Source: Camelus ferus (taxonomy: Eukaryota). Taken from it: a stretch of 64,000 bases of DNA. Position 1 is the first letter of the stretch, and each line of letters starts with the position of its first letter. The stretch is taken from positions 99,574,001 through 99,638,000 of the forward strand of contig NC_045697.1 in assembly GCF_009834535.1 (NCBI RefSeq), written 5' to 3'. Shown one piece after another: positions 52,174-64,000 of this stretch. Under the pieces are notes generated by a model, which saw only the letters and a program-made list of their open reading frames with translations, was not told where the DNA came from and did no database searches. The translations under genes and the position numbers were made by a program.

Positions 52174-52439
52174 CTGGTCAGAAAAAATTCATATTTTTAA
52201 CTTAAAGTGGCATGAATGCTTCAAGAGGTAGAACATTCCTTCCTATGAAGAGCCTCAAGCACAAGGCGATTGGTTGTTTAGAGGGAGGATTATGAAGGGG
52301 ATTTAAGAACTGGTCGGGTGGCCAGATGAAATTTCCCAATCAAACCCTGACAGGCTATGATTTAGCATGTTCTCTAGTCTGCAAAGTTTTGTATTCACAA
52401 TGTTCTACTCCTTAAACACATCACACTTTTTTCTTCTTA

Positions 52440-52775
52440 GGGTTGTTGCCCACACAGTGTTTTTTCCCTGGAAGGTCAACATACGGCTAAGATTGACCTT
52501 TTTTATTGTTCAGATTTTGATTTAAATGTTTCCTTCTTAGAGAGGCCATTTTTAATCTCTGTCTATGGAGGTAGACTATATTGTTTTCTATCTCTGAATC
52601 CATTTAATTTCCTCCCCCCTAAAATGCATGCATTTTGTGGGTACATCAATACTTGTTTGTGAGTTGGTTGTCTGTAGACTGCAAGGTGGGGGGATACATT
52701 TTTGTTTTATTCATGAATGTTCTGTGTGTATTTAGCACATAACCGGCATTTAAACAATTGTTGAATGTCTGACTG
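52440..52775 (+). mobile_element. L2 3' fragment
   Basis: Tail tttagcacataaccggcatttaaacaattgttgaatg. Confidence 0.55.
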
Positions 52776-53070
52776 GGCAAATGACTATTAAAATCAGATT
52801 AAAGTCATTTATAGAATCTAAGCTGCAGAACTTTTGAGCTGGAAGACATACCCATTGCCAGTCTACTCCATCGTTTATCAGTGAAGTATAAATGTCTTCA
52901 GTTTCTTGTTTTCCTTACTCTACAATGTTGATGGCTGAAAATGGCTATGAAAATTTCTAAGCACTACATAGCTATTTTTGATTAGGTTGCATGTTGGGAC
53001 TTGTGTACTATACCATCAGAAATCCCAGCAGGAGAAAAGGAAGTTTTTTGTTTTGTTTTTTAAATAATAC

Positions 53071-53434
53071 CCCAGGCTTGGATATATATGGATAGTCTAT
53101 CAACTCCTTTCCAGATCATTTGAATAACATGATCATCCTGCAGTCTCCACAGATCTCCAGTTTGTCTGAATGCAGTGGGTATATCCTTGAGTTCTTCCTC
53201 TGGTCCTGTGGGTGGACAGTGACCCTGCCGGTCTGACTAGCGGTCACCATGGTGAACGCCCCATGTGGGGGCTGGTCACATTGAATATAACAGGACCAAA
53301 GTAGAAGGCATGGATGACCAGATGCATTAGGAACAAAGAGGGAAGGGAGCAGGGTCCCGAAAATAGAAATCACATCAAAAAATAGATGACGAGTTGATAA
53401 TGCCTTGAGGCCTTTGTTCAGGAACACTCTGGTA
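53071..53434 (-). pseudogene. Pseudo-exon (RGS N-terminal half)
   Basis: Acceptor ttttccctttatAG, donor ggg|GTatt. Translation KALSTRHLFFDVISIF...SGHPCLLLWSCYIQ...RKNSRIYP. Confidence 0.55.
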
Positions 53435-55899
53435 CTATAAAGGGAAAAATGACAGTAGCCATGTTCTTCAGTGAAGTGTGAGTCGGTTTTTCTTCAAGAG
53501 TTCTTTCCAAAGAAGGCCTTGTGGGCTGTGGCTAACTCCGTTTTCCATTTTTATCTAGATTTGTTCTTCAACGCAAATGTTATTCTTTTGCCAAGGACTG
53601 CTGTATCATCACATTAACAACAAGATAAACAAACTTGACAAAAATTCACTGAAAACAATAACTGTGGTAATTGCATCTTCCTGTCCTAGGTATTCCCTTT
53701 TTGTTTGCAATTAAAAAGCAGTTCCAGCAGTTGTGTGTGCTGTATCATTTGTTCACCTTAAATAAATACTTTTGAATCTAAAAATATAGCAGAAATAAAA
53801 CTTTCTGAAAAAAAATAAATAAAACCCTGAAACTTAGAATCACATCAAAAACAAGAAATGGATTTTTAAGGGATCAGGATGGTTTTCAAAAGTTGAGGTT
53901 TCCTGACAAGCCAGCTCTGTTTTGGCCCTAGATCCAGGGGACCTAAGGGGTTTATCCAAAACAGGCAGCCCCAGACTTCTAGATGAATGGTATAGATGCC
54001 GAGGAGGAGATTTTAGATTTGTTTAGCCTTAACAGAACTATGAGTTGACTACACTCATTGGCAGATATTTCAGGAAAGAACAGCATTTCCAGTAGCATTT
54101 GGTCAGCTCGACTATTATCTAGGAATTCATTTAATTCATGCTGCTTGAATTAAGCACACAACTCTCAATTGTGACTAACAGTGAACACGTGTGAGACCCC
54201 TACCAGAGGTGGTGTACAAGTGTGAGTTTGCCACTTTTAGGGACAGAGGCTCAGCTGCCCACTTTTCTCTCCAGAAAACTTCAGGAAGAAGCAAAGTGAC
54301 TGGCCACTGTGGCTTTCACGCCTGATCCATGGAGCCGCACGGCTCTGAGCCCTTCAGGACATGGTAACCTGTCTCCTCCCATCTGACCTACGGGCTTTTC
54401 AGCAGCCATCTCCTAACAAGAGCAAAAGATCTGACACAGTCTCCTTTTCTGTGCTCACACTTCCCCCATGACATGCTGAAACCAGCACAGCAGAACAGAC
54501 ACACTCATAATAAGACCAAAAAGCAGTGACAGTGCTGGGATTTTTATACCTGGGCCAAATGCCAGAGCTGGCTCAGGGGAGGAGAGGGATGCCCTCCCCT
54601 CAACCCCTCAACCCGGTTCAAAAACAAAGGTCAGGGCTACTATTAACTCAGAGCAGCTGGCAGACTCTAGCTTGAGGTTTTTTTCTCCAGAACATTTGGA
54701 AGTGAGGCCTTCCTGTGAGGTCAACACGGGGGCTGGCTTTTAGACCCCAGCCATGTATATGGAGCCAGCAGTGCTGATGAAGCAAAGGAGCAGGACCCTC
54801 ACTACCAGCCCGACTTTGGGCAATGGAAGCCCCCTGGCTCTTCTGGGTGTTGCTAAATTAGTCATTATATAGCATCTAGACACCTAAAACAGACTTAAAT
54901 GGTTTTTCATCTGGTGCCCCCAAAGTGTTAATGAGCCTGTTTAAATGTCTGAGCTATACCTGTGAGGCTCTGGGGAGAATGTGCCCTCATTGGATTTCTT
55001 CTCTTTTTTTGAAGGGGAAATAAACCTTGCTGACTCAGAAGGGAGTAGAGAAGCTAATTGTTAGTAGTTGGGTTCAACTTTGGTGGATGTCTGTAGAAAT
55101 CCCAGGGATCGTCCATTGTCTCTGCAAGATAATCTAATCTAATTTCAACTGTAAACTTAAAAATTTACTGAACAGATAGTACATGGCTGGCAGTTTATAT
55201 GCATTACCTCTGTTCATCTTCACAGGAACCCTTAGGTGAGTATCATGACCACCATTTATCTAGAGCAGCAAACTGGAGCTAAGGGAGGTTAAATGACATG
55301 CCCACCTTGCCCCTTAGCAAATGGGGCAGTCAGAATTCCAACCTGGGTGTGTCTGACTCCAAAGCCCATATTCTATACTCTCAAGACCTTCCAACTGAGG
55401 AGGGAGAATGTGTATTCAAGGGAGGGAAGAAGGGAAGAACCTAACACAGCCCACAGGCCAGACTCAGGGGCAGGAAGAGGGATGGTGGCTGAAGGCTACA
55501 GAGGGGCAGATGGGATCTTCTGCTGGGAATGACCAATCGGAGAGTGTTCCTTGGCTCTCCTCTTGGGCCCCTTCTCCTCATTCTAGGCAACAGTGATGCC
55601 AATTCTGTCTCGGGGCAGCAAACTATATCTCCCTCTCTGTCCAAGGAAGAGTCGGTTGTTCATAGTAACAGTTACTCCAGCCTGGGCTCCTGCTAAATTA
55701 AGCACCACTTTTTAAAAATCCTCACAACATTGCTATGAGATAAGTATTACTGATGCTTTTTACAGCTGGGGAGGTGGAAGGTTGGGGAGTTTAGGAACAT
55801 CACCAAGGTCAGGAAGCCCCAGGTGTCAATGCTCACGTTTCAATCCAGGCCTCACGACTTTAGAGCCATCAAGAATCTTAACACGATGTTCTACTAGAC

Positions 55900-56680
55900 A
55901 GAGGTTGGGGGTCGGCCGACCGCGTGGCCTGTTCATCGTCGGTGAACTGACAGCGCCAGCCCTCGCGCGACACAGAAGAGGCAGGGTCGCCGGACTCCTG
56001 GAAGGAAGCTTGCTGATGGCGCCAGCTGGGCCCAGGCACCCACATGGGTCCCTCCTGCTCTGGGGCTCACCGGACGTGCTGCCTGGGGACTTGGTCTCCT
56101 CTCGCTGGCCTTGGCATTGCCCGAGTCAGAAGGCTGCCTGGCTGGACAGAGTTTGGGATGGGCTTGGCTTCCGATGCCCGGGATGGGTGAGCTGGGGAAG
56201 CAGATGTCCAGCCTTCGGCGGGCCCCAGCACCGGGTCGTGGGGCTCTGCACCCTGATCACCATTTCCCCTGTAGTGGCCTGTCTGATCGGCCAGGCGCGG
56301 CAGGAGGGTGGTGGGTGACCGCAGGGAAGAGAAGGGGCTCCGGGCTCCTGAGCAGCCGAGACCCCGGAGGCTTTGTGTATTCGGAACCGGATTCCCCACC
56401 TCCCTTCCCCGCCTCCCATTCCTGCTTTCTTTTCCCCTAACCGAAGTCCCAGTAGAGTATCCAGCAATTAGCACACGATGGGGTGGGGGTGGGAGGAGTG
56501 GAAAGGGGTGGGAGGAGTGGAAGACGGCGGCGGGCGGGCGTGGGGGCGGCGAAACCCCAGCCCCCCTCTGCCGGGATCGGTCCCGGGCTCCTGCCTGCGC
56601 TGCCTTCGTGCGCCACCTACCGGCTGCTCGCGGCCGCTGCGAGCCCGCCGCGGCTGTTCCTAGGCAGATCTTGATTTCGG
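55900..56680. promoter_or_regulatory. CpG island with GC boxes
   Basis: Visibly GC- and CpG-dense (for example ggcggcgggcgggcg, ccgccgcgg) in a CpG-depleted window. Confidence 0.85.
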
Positions 56681-57737
56681 TGGACAATAGACAATGGGAT
56701 TTTTTAAAAAAAACAATGATTTATTTTGGGGGTGGGGATAAGGAGGAAGGAGGGAGGGAGGAAGCAGCAGTGTGTTTGTCATCGCTTTAGAAAAAATCTC
56801 TGTTCTATCATTGTTTCTGCATATCCATTATATTGAGGACAAAAGAATCCCGTTCTGGAACAACAAAGCCAAGGGAAATGTTTTCTGTGGCTGACATTTA
56901 ATTGTGTGCACAAGGTGCTACATTATGATGGGGACAGATTGTCAAAAGGATAGGGCACAGCTTCTGTTCAAAAGCCTGACTTTTCTTCTTTAAGATGTGA
57001 GCTTTCTTACATGAGTCCCATTTTATATTGCCTCATATATCTCCCCCTCACCATGTTATGCAGTACACACAATTCTGTTTCTATATAGTTTTCCAACCCA
57101 TCACAAGGCTTCCTTGTGGATTACTTTCATACCTCCTCTAAGGTCTATTCCTTTACAGCTAACAGGGATAATTGTGCTTCATTTCACAACCTCCCTACAC
57201 ATTCCTTACCAAAAGAATCCTCATTTTTAGGAGCCCTTAGGAACCTTGGAGAACACTTAGTCCAACCTCCTGGTTTTACACATGAAAGAGGTAGAATGCC
57301 TTGTCCAAAGTCACACACAATTAGAGATGGAGCCAGGACCAGAACTCTTGGATCCCAAGCCCTGGTTTCTGTTATGACCTGCTGTTTGATGTCCTGATGC
57401 CCAACACCCCCTGACTTGCTCACCCTCATGGTCTCCTTTCTGGCCTCAGAAACCCGCACAGTGAGCTGTGTGCACAAAGATGGGTGATAATTCAGGGTGG
57501 GGGTGGGGTGGGTAGAAGTATAACTTCCTTGCTTGGTGGTAACCCTTTCATTCCCTTTTCACCTCTTCCCCTCTGTACAGCTAAGTGGGGGAGGAGGGTA
57601 TGGAAATCATCTTCATTTATTTATTTTTTTATTTTGCTGTGATAAGTTAATATGTCAAAACCTATGCAATTATCCACAATTCTCCAGAAAGTGATTTTCC
57701 TGGAATGTAGGACCTGAACATCCCTCCCGCATCCCAC

Positions 57738-57774
<37 letters not shown>

Positions 57775-58579
57775 CTAATCTGGCTGCTGGGAACACAGAA
57801 AGCATGTCTTCCATCTTAGGACATTGTTCTCCAAGGTCTCTTGACAAAGGTAGTTTGCCCTCAGGAACCTGAACAAGATTTCCTTCTAAGGTTCATGAAA
57901 AATCCTTGGGGAGATGCAGATAGCTGATCATATTGTGGAACAGAAACATTTTTCTTCTACCACCTTCCAAAACATGCTATAACAGACGGCGCTCCCCTTT
58001 AAACTCTTAACTGTGTCACAGTAACCGAGACAGTGGATTTTCAAGTCGTAGATGAGAAGCTCAGTAAAGATCTTGGCACATCCAAAAGAAGTCAACCCGT
58101 CATAGAAGTCTGCTTATTTTAAAGGCTGTTTGGTCTGTTTAAAGCAAATCGACCAATCTCACAGTCTGCAGACAAGGAGACAACAAGCTGAAGAGGTTTC
58201 AAAACAAAAGACCAGAACATTCCCTAACTCTCTTTAAACTGTCTTCTAAAAGCACAGAGAAGAAGAAAACACACTTGGATCGCAAGAAATTCCTAAAGCT
58301 TTCTGCAGAGTTTGGCACTGTAAGAGCTTTGGTTTGTACAGGCGTCATGTGATATGTTAACAGGGACTTAGATCTCTAACTCTCCTAGTTCTCATTTGTT
58401 CCTTTTTATTCCTACCCAGTAGTGATTCATCCTGTCTCTACAAAAAGATCCCCAGTTCAATGGTATTTTAATATGACAACCACACACCTACAAATACCTT
58501 GTCTCAAGGATTTTGTGAGAATCAAGTGTGATAAAATGAGATGATGTAGGTGAAAGTGCTTTTAAAAACCTAAATTATT

Positions 58580-59335
58580 GGTGCAGCCATTATGGAAAAC
58601 AGTGTGGAGATTCCTTAAAAAAACAGAAAATAGACTTACCCTATGATCTAGCAATCCCACTCCTGGGCATATATGCTGAGGAAACTAATTTGAAAAGATA
58701 CATGCACCCCAATGTTCATAGCAGCACTGTTTACAATAGCCAAGACATGGAAGCAAACTAATTTTCCACTGGGATAGCCAGATGACTGCATAAAGAAGAT
58801 GTGATACACACAAACACACACACACACACAAACAAACACACACACACACACACACAATGAAATACTACTCAGCCATAAAAAAAGAATGAAACAATGCCAT
58901 TTGCAGCAACATGGATGGATCTGGAGATTGTCATACTAACTGGAAGTGAAGTAAGCCAGGAAGAGAGAAAAATATCATATGGTATCACTTATATGTGGAA
59001 TCTTAAAAAAATGACACAAATGAACTTATCTACAAAACAGAAACAGACTCACAGATATAAAAAAATAAACTTATGGTTACCAGTGGGAAAGGGGAAGGGG
59101 GAGGGATAAATTGAAAGTTTAGGATTTGCAGATACAAACTACTATGTATAAAATAGATAAACAACAAGATCCTACTGTATAGCACAGGGAATTATATTCA
59201 TATTCAATATCAAGTATGTTGTAATAGCCTATAATGAAAAAATATGAAAAGAAATATATATGTATAAATAAATCACTATGCTGTACACCAGAAATTAACC
59301 CAACATTATAAAATGACTATACTTCAATTAAAAAA
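58580..59335 (+). mobile_element. Cetartiodactyl L1 3' end inserted in a MIR
   Basis: MPFAATWMDLE and the 3' UTR. TSD-like aaaacctaaattatt / aaagcctgaagtatt at a tttt/aaaa endonuclease site. Confidence 0.9.
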
Positions 59336-61449
59336 GCCTGAAGTATTCTTCAGATGTGAAGAATTATTCCCATGTATTTGAAGTTTTGAAAGTACTGAAA
59401 TCATTTATTTGTAGCTGTCCCATAACTCTTCTGTAAGGTTGTGATTCAGCCCATTTTTCTGATAGGAACTTGAGGCTACATGTCAGGGGTCACGTTTAAT
59501 GTAAATTTTAGAATATCCAAATCGCATCTTTAATAATACCCCAATAACATGTTGGAATAGGGTAAATGCTAGAGCCCTGGTGACTCACTGCTTCCCCCAT
59601 GTCCTTATTTGGTAGTATGTAAATAGAAATGATCATTTTCAGATTTAGGTTTTCTCAAATCATGGCGCCAGCTGCTATTTTTGCTTTTGCTTTAGTCACC
59701 ATTCTCTGTAGTAGAAAGTGTATTTAGAGTTGTAAAAACAGTTTTTTAAATTTGCAGCCTAAAATTTAAATACAGAATACAGCAACTAAAGTACTCTCTT
59801 GGTCAGGTATAGGAGTCACCATAATTCAATCCAGGACCCCACATATATGGCCCTCATTTCTATAGGTGTAAGGACTCCCAATCACTAAGTTCACCAGTAC
59901 ATATGTCACAAGACTATACTTACATAGCACCTATTCCCATAGCATCTCTCTTCAGGACACCCTAAGTGATGTGCAGATGTTCTATAAGTATTTCCCTTAA
60001 TATCTGTATTGGAGTGATATGGATCCATTGGGCTGATACTCAGTTTATGGAAAGTGAAACCTAACTGTCAGCTGGCTTCTGTATTACAGGCCCGTGAGGT
60101 GCAGAGCCCCGTCCTGGCTCCGCAGGAAGCCATGACTGATGCTACCAATGGACAAATAAGTCTCGGCCCCCCAATTTCCCCAACAGTTGTTGTCCTATCC
60201 TACTAAAAGTTTCTCCAGAGGTCAATGCCCAAATTTACCTCCTGCCTGTGAGGCTGGCTGCTGGGTCAGGGGAGTTTGGGACCCATGAGTTAATTTAACC
60301 CCACGCCTCTACACAGCCTGCATCCCAGACCTGAGCCATGACTGACGTCCTTTGATCAGAACTTCAGATGTGCATGTTGATGATGTCCTTTCCAGGATGA
60401 CCAGCCCAGACTGGCCAGCTGCAAGAACCATTCCAAAGTGGCCTCAGTTACACCACATTCTGCTGTCTATTTCCTTTCTCTTTTACAAAACTTCCTGTGG
60501 TTCCTTGGGGCCAAGTTGGTGGCTCTAACTTCTTGGAAGCGTCTGTTTATGGGGCAGGTAGATGAGTGTCACCTGGTTCTCTTTGTGCATCCTTGACTGC
60601 CCTGCTCGCTCACGTTCCCGATTTTTGAAGTGGATTTGAATCTGACACCTAAACCTGATGAAATTCAGGGCAGGGTATTACCACTGAAGCTGCCCTAAGT
60701 GCAGGGGGCTGGACCAGGAGATAAAGAGGATGCTGGCAGGCATGGTGCCTTAAGCAACTGGGTGGGCTCTCTATGCCCAAAGTCACCTGCCCTACATGCC
60801 CCTCAGACCAGGACTAGGTCAGGGGGGCCTTCTTAGAGGTGGGGCCGGCCATGATTCATGTCTCTCCCCTCCAGCTCTACCAGCTGTACAGGGGACTTCT
60901 GCCCCCATAAATTCTTGCAGTGTAGGGAATGCCCAGTGGAAATGCAAAAATAATCATGTCATCCTTCACACGTTTATGGTATTTTGGCAATGTTTCTAAT
61001 AGCCACTAAGGGACAAGAGTTTATCTTTCTATCTTACATCTCATAAATCTTTTCCCTTTTTTTCATCACTAGCGTAAATTGTGCTTAGTCCAATAACAAC
61101 GTTAAAATTATAGTGCTCTTCATCATTACAGAGATGCTCTTGCCTATGATGGGGACGATGGCTATATGGGAAGCTTCGCAAATTTATTTTTTCCCTTTGC
61201 CTGCATCAGGGTGTCATCTGGCAGATAAGGGAAGATTTTTACTTAGCTGTTCACAGACATTGTTCAAGGCCTCTGGGAGTGTAAACATCTATGGGAGAGG
61301 TCTGTAGCCTAGGGAAAGTCAGTTAATCTGTGCCTCTGCTCCCCTCAACCAAGTTTCTTTTTCAGACCAAAACACCAAACAAACAAACAAAAACACCAGA
61401 GAGAGTTGAGATTATCTGGCAGTGCTGAGGAATACAGGCTGTGTAAATA

Positions 61450-61620
61450 CAGACAAGTGATTCAACCTCTCTGTGCCTGTCTCCTCATTTGGGGGAAATA
61501 ATAGGGCTTCATAAGTTTATTGGGGGGATTTAAGGCAATAGAAAGTATAAAGGGCTTAGTACAGTGCCTGGAACATAATAAGCACTCAGTTAGTGCCTGC
61601 CAGCATCATCCTCATTACCA
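61450..61620 (+). mobile_element. MIR SINE
   Basis: caacctctctgtgcctgtctcctcattt...acagtgcctggaacataataagcactca. Confidence 0.8.
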
Positions 61621-63059
61621 ACCATTTCAATCCTCCTGTTTCTACTTGACAGCCTTCTGCCCCAGCAGGATCCTAGAGCTGCCGGAAGAATCCATGCACC
61701 ACTGTCTTCTGTGCCTCTGGGTATATCAGCCTCTGCTCCTTGGGCAGGGGCATTCCCAGGCACAAGTGCTGACAAAGCTGCTGAAATCCCGAATCAATGT
61801 GGGGATGGGGTCCTTGGACAGTCCTGCCTCTTATTCCTCTTGCCAACTGCCACTGCCCCTCACACAGGTGGTCACACAGCTCTGGCTCAGCCTGCCAGAC
61901 CCACGCCACAGAGGGGGCTCTGACCCAGGCAGTCTGCAGGAGATGTTCTTTTCCCACCTCTGCTGAGCACTCTGCCAGCTCCATAGATTCTTTCCTTCTG
62001 CCCACACAGCTCCAGAAAGCCCAGATGTGGAAATTACCCCCATTTTCTGGCTGTGATGTTTATTAACAAGTTCTTGCCAGCTTTTACTCATATCTGAACT
62101 GACATTTCATCTTGTCCCTTTTTCCGGAAGTACATCCTCACTGACCACTTTCTGCCCCATTCTCTTATGCTCCTTCTTGAGGCCACTTTCCATTTCCAAA
62201 TCTCTGAGAGACTTCTTCCTCCTCATCTCTATCAGACATCTAGTTTTTGACTGAGGGTTAGGATAAGACACAATCTGTATAATTACACTGTCCTTACCTG
62301 AGGTATTGGCTCTTTTCTCCGGAATAGAAGGCCAGTGCCATGCAAACCTGTCTCTCATTTGATCTCATTACTTCAAGTTCCTTATTTTCAGACTTGGTCA
62401 GACACTCATTCATTGTAGAAGCAGAACTCACTTAGATGATGTGGGAGTTGGAGCACAGCCTTCCCTTAAGGACTTCTGCTTTCTCTTCTTCTTCTGAGCT
62501 ATTCAGTAAACCCCAAGAATAGCTTGCATTTTCCTCTTTTAGGAAACAAGTCCAATGTGGAAGCTAGAGTTCAGGTTCAGTTTTTTGAAATGATGGCACA
62601 TCCTATGTGCTGACCATTTCCTCCTAATCATAATTCTCCTATCCACCAATCTGTCTATGCATCCATCTATCCGTCCATCCATCTACCCATTCATCCATCC
62701 ATCTGTCATTTTCTATGGTTTTTTGCTAATTACTTCCTTACATCTGACCCAGCGTACCTTCACTGAAGGGCAGATATGCCCAGATATGACCGATCACTGA
62801 TACAATAGCCTGGTTTTTGCCAGACTCTTGGTTTGCTCTCAACAAGTGGAAAGGGACACCTCTTGGTAACAGCTCACATTAGAATGCAGTAGAGAAATAC
62901 CTGGAGATGCACACAGACAGGGGTATGACTGTAGCTGATATAAGTCCATGGAAAAATGCACTGGCAAGGCTCAGACACAGAGGAAACATCTTTGTCTACA
63001 AAAGGATAACCAGTGATCATACTTAGACAATGAAAAAGTTTGCCCATTTTGATTCCCTT

Positions 63060-63815
63060 CATTTATGTAGCCCCATCTTCCATTGGTCACTGAGTTCTCT
63101 CATCCTCCCTTACTTCACAATATCTCTCAAGATCACTTCTTTTTTTCATTCCTGCCATACTCCCATCTTGGTTAAAGCTGTCTCACCCGATGTTTGGTCC
63201 ACCAGTTAGAACACTGGTCTATCTACGTCACATCTTTTCTCTTCACATCATCCTAAAACTGCCATCAGATTAATCTTGCAAATTAATACTTTCTCCAAAC
63301 TGTTTGACCCCTACATCCTCCAATTTCCTCACAATTCCCTTGGCATGGCATTAGGAACCCCCACACACCACCCCCAACAAAGCCAGTCTCCAACTTACTC
63401 ATCTATTTCCCACTGTTGTTAAACCTCCACCCCATCAAATGGTTTTACCCCTTCTCGTTTAAAATGTGCTCATGCCATCTAAGTCCTGGAAACACCCTTC
63501 CCTTTTCCTTCCTGCCTTTCCAAATCTTCCCCCATTTGTAGAGACCAGGCTCAAATGCACTGCCACCCTGAAACGACTGCTTTCCTTAGAACCTCCTGAG
63601 GTGTTATGAGTTACGTGATTAATTTCACAGACTCAACAGACACTGTCTCGCATATCTAGTGTTTTGAGTTGCTCCCTAACTTTCATATGCTTACCTCTAC
63701 TCTCATGCCCTGGTGAGTTCCTTACAGAAGATTGATTCATATTCAAAGTTTCTTCCAAAGTATCTTGCCCAGCCTTGCACTAAGCAGTCATTGAAGAAGA
63801 TTGGGTTGAATTAAC
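63060..63815 (+). mobile_element. L2 fragment
   Basis: Pyrimidine-rich L2 3' region with tail cagccttgcactaagcagtcattgaagaagattgggttgaat. Confidence 0.6.
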
Positions 63816-64000
63816 AGAAGAAAATGCAGCTGAAAAATGAAAACAAACCAGTCAAGCCATTTTCATCACTGACACAGAAATGACAGATCCAGAGTTTTGT
63901 TCCCGTGCATGTTAAATTTGGGGGGCCGATAGAGAATGTGTTTTTCATAGTATCACATATCCAGGAAGACTCTTGTGCGGCCACTTTGTCCATTTCCTGG

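Larger units (their letters stand above)
5456..53434 (-). pseudogene. Decayed multi-exon (unprocessed) pseudogene of a large multi-RGS-domain protein, RGS22/RGSL1-like; may extend beyond both limits
   Basis: About 30 repeat-free blocks have minus-strand pyrimidine-AG acceptors and GT donors. Their translations carry RGS helix motifs in the expected order but contain many stops and frameshifts. Two junctions splice in frame into RGS-like sequence. Motifs were read by eye; no HMM was run. Confidence 0.68.

Noticed and set aside
5456..53434. Calling the locus RGS22 or RGSL1 itself, or an intact CDS
   Set aside because: The summed exon length far exceeds either gene, I could not recognise their sequences, and nearly every exon has stops or frameshifts. 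No gene symbol was assigned.
55782..56790. Long ORFs (160-206 aa) over the CpG island
   Set aside because: They occur on both strands, have low-complexity G/R/P/A composition and show no recognisable domain. This is expected from stop-codon scarcity in GC-rich DNA.
1..64000. CRISPR arrays, tRNA/rRNA genes, known miRNA hairpins
   Set aside because: Mammalian DNA with no repeat-spacer periodicity. No recognisable structural RNA gene or known pre-miRNA was found by eye.

Overview
AT-rich placental-mammal genomic DNA. The L1 3' ends are of cetartiodactyl type. I saw no CHR, Bov-A/BovB or PRE-1 SINEs, so a camelid is a tentative guess. I found no intact protein-coding gene: the listed ORFs come from microsatellites, repeats, GC-rich DNA or a dead gene. 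A large share of the window is interspersed repeats (old L1M/L1ME, L2, MIR, ERVL LTRs and internal sequence, MLT1A, a Tigger1 derivative, MER20, MER3, younger L1 3' ends) plus simple repeats. A CpG island lies at about 55.9-56.7 kb. Main observation: most of the repeat-free islands between about 5.4 and 53.7 kb, and possibly up to 64 kb, are AG...GT-bounded blocks on the minus strand. Their stop- and frameshift-riddled translations repeatedly show RGS-domain motifs (L..LL.N...F..FL; L.FW; KA..I...Y/FL; LNI/LP; F..AQ; W/YP.FL.S). This suggests a heavily decayed unitary pseudogene of about 30 exons and roughly 8-9 kb of former coding sequence. It would have encoded a very large multi-RGS-domain protein of the RGS22/RGSL1 type. 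The family call comes from manual motif reading and needs an HMM/tBLASTn test.
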